Of a stretch of 64,000 bases of DNA, positions 40,505 through 49,139 are shown piece after piece; positions within the stretch are counted from its first letter, which is position 1; every line of letters starts with the position of its first letter. Origin of the DNA: an uncultured virus (IMG/VR IMGVR_UViG_3300031951_000033) (lineage: Duplodnaviria > Heunggongvirae > Uroviricota > Caudoviricetes). The notes beneath the pieces were generated by a model. It was not told the origin of the DNA. It searched no databases and saw only the letters and a list, made by a program, of their open reading frames with translations. A program made the translations under genes and the position numbers. The DNA lies in IMG/VR virus record IMGVR_UViG_3300031951_000033, one strand, 5' to 3'.

Positions 40505-40926
40505 TCGTAGTCCTCCTTACTAGGAACACTCAGGACAACCACATCCACGTCACCGTTCTTCCACGCTTCCTTGTAGGCTTCTGCAACCGCTTTACCTAAA
40601 GCGTCATCCTCGCTCTCTGCCGTAACATCTATGTCCCACACTTCCGCGTAGTCGCTTCCCGCATCAAAGCCTCTATGTCCCCAGAACTCGTAAGCTCCGA
40701 TGCCGTCGTTACCGACCCGCCAATCCTTGACCTTTACGGTCAACTCTACTTCTCTCCCACACCCAAGGACCTCGACATAGCCCTCGTCCCACACGCTCTC
40801 CAGCTCCAACTCATTTCTGAATACGGGTCCACCTTCCACAAACACGTACTTCTTTTTCTCAATCTCAAAACCGTCCACTACAATCATCTTTTCACTCTCA
40901 ACATTACTAACATCACTACTACTCAT
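40501..40926 (-). CDS. acidic hypothetical protein
   Basis: GIGAYEFWG motif; AGGAG SD. Confidence 0.6.
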   Translation of the reverse strand: MSSSDVSNVESEKMIVVDGFEIEKKKYVFVEGGPVFRNELELESVWDEGYVEVLGCGREVELTVKVKDWRVGNDGIGAYEFWGHRGFDAGSDYAEVWDIDVTAESEDDALGKAVAEAYKEAWKNGDVDVVVLSVPSKEDYE

Positions 40927-41624
40927 AGGACTAGTTCTCCTCTCTAACATATATAAAAGGCCCTACTTTAACATCTAACACCTATACTTACCTAGACCTA
41001 GAGAAGATACTAGATACCCTAGGAGAAGATGTACTGCTAGAGCTTGATATACTCACCCTCAAACCCTCTATAAAGGGTCTAAAAGAGAGTCTAGCAAGCC
41101 CTAGAATCACACCCAGACATATAATATCGGATACAGGGCAGCGAGTGTAAGTGCTTGATATTGCAGGGACAAGTAGAGCAAAACCCAGAGGGTGGCCACG
41201 CACACTAACCTGACTAAGTCGGCTATTCCGCTTATTCCCGCTCAAAATCGGCTAAGCTCACTTAACATTTAAGCGGCGCCCAGAGTCGGTTCCTTTCCCT
41301 TCCCCTAGGGGGAAATCGGGTGTGTCTCTTCCCCTAGGGAGCTTGGAGATAGTCTGTTGCCCTAGGGCCTTACTGCAAATGAAAGATGGGGGATATCGGA
41401 GGGATTCGCTGCAGGTTTTCCCCTAGGGGACAGCAGGATGTCGGTATGCTGGATCTCTCCCGGCGTAGCGGTGTCGGAAGACGCGCAGGAGTCGGTAACG
41501 CTCTAGGGATGTCGAAATGCCGGTGTTGTTTTTGTCGGACGATGTCGTCGATAATGTCGGATGCGCTGGCGGTCGGGCGTAGCAGTGTCGGCAGGCAGCG
41601 CCTACCGACAGGCCTTGAGGGAAA

Positions 41625-41870
41625 TCAGTACTCGGCCACGTTGTCGTAGTCCTCGTAGTCAGGCTCGGGATAGTCTTCCTCGTACTCCTCGCCGTAGTCG
41701 TCCTCCTGCTCCTGGTGCCAAGCGTCCTCTGCCTGGCAGCGGTAGCAGTACATGCCGGTCTGGGGATCCGGGTGATACTCTTTGCCGCACTGCTGGCACT
41801 CAACAGTGGTATTGAAGTCGATGCAGCCTTCGGGGCCGCAGCCGCAGCATGGGTAGTCTTCGTGTCTCAT
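41625..41870 (-). CDS. Cys-rich acidic early protein
   Basis: EDYPCCGCG, CQQC, CYRC; AAGGAG SD. Confidence 0.7.
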   Translation of the reverse strand: MRHEDYPCCGCGPEGCIDFNTTVECQQCGKEYHPDPQTGMYCYRCQAEDAWHQEQEDDYGEEYEEDYPEPDYEDYDNVAEY

Positions 41871-41955
41871 AGGCTATTGTCTCCTTGTTGGGGTTGTACG
41901 GAAGCGGGTTTTAAGGCTGGCCAGGCGAGCAGTACCCGCCTGGCCGAGACGCTTG

Positions 41956-42423
41956 TCAGTGATTGAAGAACTTGGAGCGCAGAGCTTCGGGCAGCGCGCT
42001 CACATCGATGGCGGGCTTTTCTACCGGCTTGAGCTCGGCTTGGCGCCTGTCGATGGCGGACTGCACCTCAGCGATGTCCTCGGGGCTAGTCAGCATGCCT
42101 GAGGCCATGAGCTGGCGGAGCGCCTTGATGGTGGGGTCGCCGCTGCCGGCTCTGCTGCCTGGGTTCTTGGGCTCGTACTTGACGCCGCCGTTGAGGCGGG
42201 TGTCTTTGCGGAGCCAGTTGTTGAGGAGGCCGGAGCAGTAGTTGCGCAGCTCCTTGTCGGCCGGGATCGCTCCGTCGTAGCTGATCTTGCCGGCCTTGAA
42301 ACCCTCGGTGAGGATCTCGATGACCTCGTGCTTCTGGCCGCGATCGAGCTCGACCGCTCCTTCGCCCGAGAGCTCGAAAATGTTGGTGATTGCTTGGTAT
42401 ACGGCCTCTTTTTGCTTCATCAT
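41956..42423 (-). CDS. 'LRKDxRLNGG' paralog family protein
   Basis: YCSGLLNNWLRKDTRLNGGVKY; IDVSALPEALRSKF. Confidence 0.85.
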   Translation of the reverse strand: MMKQKEAVYQAITNIFELSGEGAVELDRGQKHEVIEILTEGFKAGKISYDGAIPADKELRNYCSGLLNNWLRKDTRLNGGVKYEPKNPGSRAGSGDPTIKALRQLMASGMLTSPEDIAEVQSAIDRRQAELKPVEKPAIDVSALPEALRSKFFNH

Positions 42424-42655
42424 AGTGTTTGCTTTCTAGCCAAGTTGTTAGAGCAGGCTCTATTGCTTGCTTGGTTGCTTGGCTTTTGTTATATAAACAC
42501 ATAATGTCGGTTTGAGTCGCTGCCGAAAGGCAAACCAGAGTAGTAAAGTCGGTGGAGCCCGCAGCGGGTGCAGTCGGCTGGGCGTAGCAGTGTCGGTAGC
42601 ACCCGACCAAAGGCGACCCAGGACCGAAGTCCCGGATCGCCCACCCGAGGAGAAC

Positions 42656-42892
42656 TCAGAACAGAGATCGGATCTTGTTGTAGGCGCGCTTGAACGCGTT
42701 CTTGATCATTACCTCGAGCCAGCCGTCTTTCTGCGGGCCGTAGCTGCGTTCGCTGTACGCTATCATCATGGCGTCGCGCCACATCTGGTCCTTGTGTAGC
42801 CGATCACCGATAGCCTTCGCGTGGATGTCGGCTTTGATACGCTCGGCGTACTGGTCTACCGGCGTGTAGTAGTCGTAATCGTCGTGTCTCAC
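42656..42892 (-). CDS. hypothetical early protein
   Basis: AAGGAG SD; MRHDDY start resembles 41625..41870. Confidence 0.6.
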   Translation of the reverse strand: MRHDDYDYYTPVDQYAERIKADIHAKAIGDRLHKDQMWRDAMMIAYSERSYGPQKDGWLEVMIKNAFKRAYNKIRSLF

Positions 42893-42923
42893 GTGCTTCT
42901 CCTTTGTCTATATTATACGGATC

Positions 42924-43082
42924 TCATTTCAGCTGCTGGCGAACACCGTCGTCTACCAGCTTGTACCAGCTGTTGTAGAAGTCCCGCTCGTGGTCGAGCA
43001 GTTCCAGGTCCAGGATGGACTCGATGTAGGTGAGCAGCTTGTCTACTTGTTCTTCGGTCATGGTGATGCTGAATGTTGTCAT
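42924..43082 (-). CDS. 52-aa acidic protein (paralog A), absent from the ORF track
   Basis: AAAGGAG SD; MTTFSITMTEEQVDKLLTYIES...QQLK*. Confidence 0.75.
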   Translation of the reverse strand: MTTFSITMTEEQVDKLLTYIESILDLELLDHERDFYNSWYKLVDDGVRQQLK

Positions 43083-43133
43083 GGTTGTTCTCCTTTGGTT
43101 TGGTTATAGCGCCGACTGCTTCCTCTGCGCAGT

Positions 43134-43295
43134 CTATTGCTTCATTTGCTGGTGAATCTGATTGCTAAGCTCGTCGTACAGCTCTTGATAAAATCCCTGC
43201 TCTTCGGGTGTGTCGCAAAGCTCTATCATCGACTCGACGTGAGTGAAGATCTTGTCTATCTGATCTGCGGTCATGGTGATGCTGAATGTCGTCAT
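43134..43295 (-). CDS. 53-aa acidic protein (paralog B), absent from the ORF track
   Basis: AAAGGAG SD; MTTFSITMTADQIDKIFTHVES...QQMKQ*. Confidence 0.75.
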   Translation of the reverse strand: MTTFSITMTADQIDKIFTHVESMIELCDTPEEQGFYQELYDELSNQIHQQMKQ

Positions 43296-43719
43296 CGTTT
43301 TCTCCTTTGTTGAGTTTATGTGTTGTCGGTTGTGGCTGGCCGCAGAGATAGCATCCCCGCGGCCAGCATGAAAGTTAGTTCCAGAGTCGAGACTTTAAAT
43401 TCCATGAATCGGCGACAAGCAAGGAGCTAAGGTCGTCCTCGCGGTCTAACTTGAGCAACAGCTCACTGAGCTCGATATCGAGCTCTTTATAGCCTTCTAG
43501 CTTCGGGTTGTTGTAGAACTCCAAACGCTGGTCTTCCAGCATCTCAAAGAGGTCTTTCATGCGTTCTCCTGTTGGTTGGCGTTCAGCTGTGTGTTAGATC
43601 ACAGCTGTATGATTAAAAATATTAAGATAACTTAACTTTTCAATCATATTATCAAATAATGTCGGTTGCAGTCGCTAGGCGTAGCAGTGTCAGCCGACTT
43701 GCGCCAGCTGACACTCGGT

Positions 43720-43980
43720 CTAATTGGCCAGCTTGGCCTTAGCGCCAAACAGCTCGTTCAGCTTGTCGACCAGCGGCTGCTCTGCTTCCATGAACAGGTA
43801 GTCGTAGTCGTCGGTGCTGAAGAACATGCGGTAGCATGGCTCTTCGAACTGTCCGTGGCAGAGCTCGAAGATGACTCCGTCGAAGTTTTTGCAGTTGTGT
43901 GGCTCCAACAGCTCGCTGTGCATCAGGATCTGCATGGCGGGCTCAGTGACTTGGTCTCTACGTGGTATCAGTGTTGTCAT
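43720..43980 (-). CDS. hypothetical early protein
   Basis: AAAAGGAG SD. Confidence 0.65.
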   Translation of the reverse strand: MTTLIPRRDQVTEPAMQILMHSELLEPHNCKNFDGVIFELCHGQFEEPCYRMFFSTDDYDYLFMEAEQPLVDKLNELFGAKAKLAN

Positions 43981-44427
43981 GGTTTCTCCTTTTTCTCGAC
44001 CTGCTCAGGAGACAACCAGAGATACGGTGGTCTCTACGCCGTATTCAGCAAGGAACTCGCTGAGCAGATTGTTCTGAACTGTCGGGTCGTTTATAGCGGA
44101 ATAGATGTGGTTGTATATCACTGAGCCAGCCACGGTGCTGATCAGTCTGTGCGCTAGTTGGTCAGGGGTTTGTCCAGTAATGTCCATCAGGATCTCTAAG
44201 TTATCCATTGCTTCTCCTCGTTGGTAAATCATTGTTGCAAGTTGCGGGGTTATGAAAGTTGCCCGCCGCAGTCTTGCAAAACCGCAGCGGGCGAACCACC
44301 AACAACGTTGACCACCTAACAACATGGTCAACGACCAACAACTTGTTGACAATCACGTCGTGATCATCATGTTGTTTGATCGAATCGGATTTGGCCGGAG
44401 CACCGAAGTGCCCCGGCCACACCGCTG

Positions 44428-44889
44428 TTAGCGGCTGTACTTGGCGCGCAGCGCTTCAGGCAGAGCGCTGTAGTCAACCGTTACCTGAGGCTTGAGCTCA
44501 TCTTGCCGCTTGGAGATGGCCGCTTCGATCTCGGCGATGTCCTCGGGGCTGGTCACTGCGCCAGAGGCGAGGAGCGATCTCAGCGCCTTGAGCTGGGCAT
44601 CACCTGCACCCTGGCGAGAGCCAGGATTCTTGGCGATGTACTCAGTGCCGCCGTTGAGGCGCTTGTCCTTGCGGACGTGGTTGTTCACCAGTCCGGGGAC
44701 ATACTTGCGGAGCCACTCGGGGTTGCGCTTGTTCTCGTCAGAGAGCTGGATGTTCCCGCTCATGAAACCCTCGGTGAGGATTGCCATGATCTCGTTGAGG
44801 TGGGGCTTCACCTCGCTCCAGTCATAGGACTCTTGTTGACCCATTACGGTTGTTACTGCGGCCACTACTGCATCACTTTGCTTCATCAT
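44428..44889 (-). CDS. 'LRKDxRLNGG' paralog family protein
   Basis: YVPGLVNNHVRKDKRLNGG; VDYSALPEALRAKY. Confidence 0.85.
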   Translation of the reverse strand: MMKQSDAVVAAVTTVMGQQESYDWSEVKPHLNEIMAILTEGFMSGNIQLSDENKRNPEWLRKYVPGLVNNHVRKDKRLNGGTEYIAKNPGSRQGAGDAQLKALRSLLASGAVTSPEDIAEIEAAISKRQDELKPQVTVDYSALPEALRAKYSR

Positions 44890-45245
44890 AACTACTCCTT
44901 TGTAGTTGGTTTGTTCATGACTACACATGTAGTCGGTCTAACGATCAAAAAATTAAAGTTATTTAACTTTTTAATCATGTTGTTAGATAAAGTCGGTTCT
45001 AGCCGACCGGGCGTAGCAGTGTCAGGCAGCTGATGCCACCTGACAAGTAATGCTATCTTATGCTGCTGAGCATCACCACTATCTGGGTGAAGACGTAAGC
45101 CGCGCCGCAGACGATGATCAAGCAGTAGCCGTAGTAGATGTTCGTAGTCATTGTGTTTCTCCTTGTTGTTGTACTGCGTTGTAATACAATGTGTTGCCGG
45201 ATGAAGCGGCCGGAGCACAGCGTACCCCGGCCGACACCGCTACAG

Positions 45246-45707
45246 TTACTTGCCGAACTTAGCTCTCAGTGCCGCTGGCAGAGAGTCGTAGTCGACCTCG
45301 ACCTTGGGCTGCAGCTCAGCTTGGCGCTGAGCGATCGCAGCCTCGACCTCGGCGAGGTCGCTAGGCGAGGTGACCGCACCGCTCGCGATCAGAGCTCGCA
45401 GAGCCTTGAGCTGCGCATCGCCTGCTCCTTGGCGAGAGCCAGGATTCTTGGCGACATACTCGGTGCCACCGTTCAGCCGCTTGTCCTTTCGGACATGGTT
45501 GTTAATCAGACCTGGAACGTAGGACTTGATGTACTCTGGATTCCGCTTGCTCTCGTCGGAGAGTTGGACTTCTCCAGAGAGGAATCCTTCGGTCACTACC
45601 GCGATGATCTCGGAGAGGTGGGGTTTCACCTCGCTCCAGGCATAAGACTCACGGTTTCCCATCACTGCGGTTACTGCGGCTACAACACAATCAGACTGCT
45701 TCATCAT
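45246..45707 (-). CDS. 'LRKDxRLNGG' paralog family protein
   Basis: YVPGLINNHVRKDKRLNGG; VDYDSLPAALRAKF; close duplicate of 44428..44889. Confidence 0.85.
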   Translation of the reverse strand: MMKQSDCVVAAVTAVMGNRESYAWSEVKPHLSEIIAVVTEGFLSGEVQLSDESKRNPEYIKSYVPGLINNHVRKDKRLNGGTEYVAKNPGSRQGAGDAQLKALRALIASGAVTSPSDLAEVEAAIAQRQAELQPKVEVDYDSLPAALRAKFGK

Positions 45708-47639
45708 ACGTATCTCCTTTGATAACGGTTGTTGGTTAGACACGAGACAAGTCTCGCGTCGGTTGGCTTGATCAAGCAATAATTAAATTATTTTAATTAT
45801 CTTGATTATATCTATAGATAAAGTCGGTACCCGGTAACCTTGGCTACAAAAGGGAACCCCTAAACTCGGTGGGTACTCGCGGCCAAATCTTTCCGTACGA
45901 GAGCTTTTTCAAAGGTTTTGACCCGCACCACATCTACATCCTGCACAAACTCCACACCCAGGCCCGCACACTTGGTGCGGTGGCCCTAAATGTTAACTAC
46001 ACGGCCCGCTGGCCTTTCCCCCAATAGATCACACAGGTACCGGTACCTTGCTCCTATTAGGATATAGGTATAATAGGGACGTGAGCACATCTGCCCCAAC
46101 ACCGACCAACGTTCCTGGCCAGGTCCAGCGGCAGGCGCGCTACTACTTCGCAGACGAGCGTCTGCGGTGCCGAGCGCCCTTCGAGGACCTTATCCTGAAC
46201 GAGGGACACTGCGCTTGCTACAGCAGCATCATACGGGCCCGCATGGCTTTCTACGCTGTAGACAGCCTCAAGTCGCATGACAAGCTGGTCGTCCTGCTTC
46301 ACTCGCTGATGCACATGCCTTGGCACCTGATGTGCCCGGGCGACGATGTATAATTAGGGTGGATATGGAAACGGGGAAATCTGAGCTGGTCTACGACTAC
46401 GCGTATGACAGCCTTGCTGGTGCGTTGGACGCGTATGCTAAGAACAGCGTGTACAGGAACGACTGCGGGTGTGCTGGCGTTATGGCTGGCATGCCGGACG
46501 AGCAATGGCATGATCTGCTGTGGCTGCTGCACTGTTTGCTGTGCGTACGAGTGGAAAGGTGAGTGATATGGGGTGTAGTGCGGGCGGAACTAGGATGGTG
46601 AGCTTTGCGGGCTGCGATTGCTGTCCGAGCCCGGTGGAGGTGATGAGCTTCAGGGTTTACAGGTTTCTGGAGTTCTATCATGGACTGATGCACTCGACGT
46701 ATGAGGAGAGGGAGGCGAAGCGGGCATTGCGCTGGCTCGCCACCGCGAACCTGGGATCAGGCCGCTTAGGCAAGGATCCGGGGAGAAAGCGGTGAGTACT
46801 GGCGCGCAGGGAGATATGGTGCTGATGTACGCTTGCGGGTGCCCGGATATGCCGGCAGGCGCGCACCCGGTTTATAGGCGGCTGGTGATGCTGCTGCACC
46901 CGCTGCTGGAGCACGAGAGGGGTGTAACACCCTATGTGAGAATATGGGCACCGATGCACCCGATGTGGAGAGATATGGCGGAGAGAGATGAGAGAGTTAA
47001 GAGCGATGGAGATAGAGAAGAGCAAGAAGATTAGAAATAGAGACCCGAGGTGGAGCCACCTCGTGGCGTTCTTGGTGGACGTAAGAGCAATATCGTTCGA
47101 CAGCTACATAGACTACTGGATGAAGGCTTACGACTACGACAAGAGCAAGTGCCCGGACCTGAAGGCACACATGAAAGGATTAAACTAAATGAGTAGGGAG
47201 GAAGGGCCGCTCTTACAGCGCATGAGGGAAGTTAAGGAAAGAGAGCTGGTTATGGGTTACGGCAGAGATAGCAGAAGCGTAAGGATGCGCTCGCGCTGGA
47301 AAGCGGCGGACGTCACCGAAGATCTGGTGTTCTTTCTGTGGATGCTCGGCTGTGCGCCAGACGATGCTTGGGACGAATTTGCCGAAGAGTACCGGTAGTA
47401 GCGGCAGCAGAGTATGGGGCCGATAAGTCGCAAAAAAGTAAGAATAGATAAACAGAACTACCGCGTAGATCGAAAAAGCTGGCGTGCGAACGCAGATGCG
47501 GAGTTTGCGGGCGTGATGATGGTCACAGAGATAGGAAGAAGATCTACTGACTCGATGGGGTTCAAAACCCTGGACAGTACTAACTCCAAAAACTCGCGCG
47601 AGATGAAGTTCACCAAGACTGGCAGCTACATTAACATGA

Positions 47640-47894
47640 TCAGGTCGCTGAAGTACTACTGAGCTGCTCGCCGAATATGGCTCTGTCTGCCAGCGTATCG
47701 ATAGCACGGTTCAAGCGCTGGTTCTCAGAGGGTGTTGACTCTGGGTACAGAAACATAGGGAGACATTGCTTCTTGAACGGGCAGACGCCGCACAGAGAAG
47801 CCTTGAGGCACTTACCTTCGAGCGAGACTATCTCGTTCATCACCTCTACGGCAGTCATCTCTCTGAACCGGTTTTTTCTAGATGTCTTCTTCAT
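47640..47894 (-). CDS. Cys-rich protein (paralog of next)
   Basis: NEIVSLEGKC....CGVCPF...C. Confidence 0.6.
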   Translation of the reverse strand: MKKTSRKNRFREMTAVEVMNEIVSLEGKCLKASLCGVCPFKKQCLPMFLYPESTPSENQRLNRAIDTLADRAIFGEQLSSTSAT

Positions 47895-48150
47895 CGTTGC
47901 CTTTGTTTCTTTCTAGGATAGAGTCGACTTGCTCGTCCATCAGCAGTGCTATAGCTACTTCTTTGTAGCGCTTATCGGCTTCTTCCTCGCTCATCTCGTG
48001 CGCGCCGACCGCTTCTATGCAGCTCATGTACGTACCGTTGTCGTGTTTTTTCAGACGACTCATGGGACACAGAGAGCAGACATGCTTGCTGCTCCAAGTG
48101 CAACTGCCACCCTCATTTATTATCCTCTCGAGAATCACTTTGTTGTCCAT
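47878..48150 (-). CDS. Cys-rich protein
   Basis: ERIINEGGSC.....CSLCPM; CCGAT motif immediately upstream. Confidence 0.65.
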   Translation of the reverse strand: MDNKVILERIINEGGSCTWSSKHVCSLCPMSRLKKHDNGTYMSCIEAVGAHEMSEEEADKRYKEVAIALLMDEQVDSILERNKGNDEEDI

Positions 48151-48246
48151 ATAATATAAAATCGGATAATACGACCCTCGATAATTATACTAGGGGTGTT
48201 TTCCCAAGGCTGGATGGTACAATATAGGTTAAAGGAGCCTCAAGCT

Positions 48247-49059
48247 ATGAGCATGGACCGTCCAGACGCAAAGTACCCGAACAGACCGCTGAGCGTACCC
48301 TCGGCGATGCCGGCGTACAACCCGGATCCCAGCATAAGAGGCGTAAATTTTGACCAACTCCTGTCGGCGAGAGGTATCAGGGTCATCCACGAGAAGGCGA
48401 TACCCTGCCCGAATGTTCTTTCTATAGATGCCGCTACTCATCAGCCGGACTGTAACTTCTGCGATAACAGCGGCATATTCTATTACACCGAGAAAGAGAT
48501 AATAGGCCTTTTTACAGGTAACTCTATAGAGAAGACCTTCGAGGCGCACGGTGTGTGGGAGATCGGCACTGCGGTGATGACCTTTCCGTCCACCTATCCC
48601 GACGGCACTCAAGCTGACTTCAACACTTACGACTACCTGACGGTGCCTGACTTTGAGGTTCGCATGTGGGAGCAGAAGCCTTACCAGGAGAGACCTGAGG
48701 GGCTTCAGACGCTTAGATACCCGGTTATCAAGGTCGAATACGCTGTGAGCATAGTGAACGGAGTGAAGCGCGTGTACATGCAGGATGCGGACTTCACTAT
48801 TACACCTAAGGGCGACATAAAGTGGGCACACGGCAGAGAGCCAGGCTTTAACCCGTCTACCGGCGAAGGTGTCGTTGTTACCTGGTCCTATTTTGCCAAT
48901 CCTAGGTATATTGTTGTCCAGTCTCTAAGGGAACTAAGAATAACCCAGGAGATGATCGACGGGCAGAAGACAGCTAGACGCCTGCCGCAACAGGTACTGA
49001 TAAAGCGTGACTTCCTTGTCGGTAATGGCGAAAAACTCCTCAAGGGAGAAGTGGATTAA
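48247..49059 (+). CDS. neck / head-tail connector protein
   Basis: first gene of the structural module; CPN...C..C motif; TGGTACAAT promoter and AAAGGAG SD. Confidence 0.6.
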   Translation: MSMDRPDAKYPNRPLSVPSAMPAYNPDPSIRGVNFDQLLSARGIRVIHEKAIPCPNVLSIDAATHQPDCNFCDNSGIFYYTEKEIIGLFTGNSIEKTFEAHGVWEIGTAVMTFPSTYPDGTQADFNTYDYLTVPDFEVRMWEQKPYQERPEGLQTLRYPVIKVEYAVSIVNGVKRVYMQDADFTITPKGDIKWAHGREPGFNPSTGEGVVVTWSYFANPRYIVVQSLRELRITQEMIDGQKTARRLPQQVLIKRDFLVGNGEKLLKGEVD

Positions 49060-49139
49060 GTTAAGTACGCTATTGAGATATAATTTTCTGAGTGATAACA
49101 AGCAATATGATTAACTGCATTATGCCAGAGGGTATTTGA

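Larger units (their letters stand above)
41576..45023 (-). repeat. 14-bp repeat GGCGTAGCAGTGTC (4 exact copies) on hairpins
   Basis: 41576-41589, 42581-42594, 43678-43691, 45010-45023; variants at 41462 and 36207. Confidence 0.85.
3798..48167 (-). promoter_or_regulatory. dispersed promoter motif AWCCGAYnnTATA (>20 copies)
   Basis: 13-mers starting at 3798, 6233, 6780, 10476, 12012, 14179, 14789, 22819, 28907, 29557, 31757, 32032, 34420, 34801, 35144, 36050, 37689, 38670, 41120, 42500, 43655, 44378, 44926, 44986, 45817, 48155; co-oriented with and mostly just upstream of minus-strand starts. Confidence 0.8.

Noticed and set aside
41440..45030. Repeats as a CRISPR or mini-CRISPR array
   Set aside because: Repeats are 14 bp or shorter, about 1 kb apart or irregularly spaced, with genes between them; no cas genes seen
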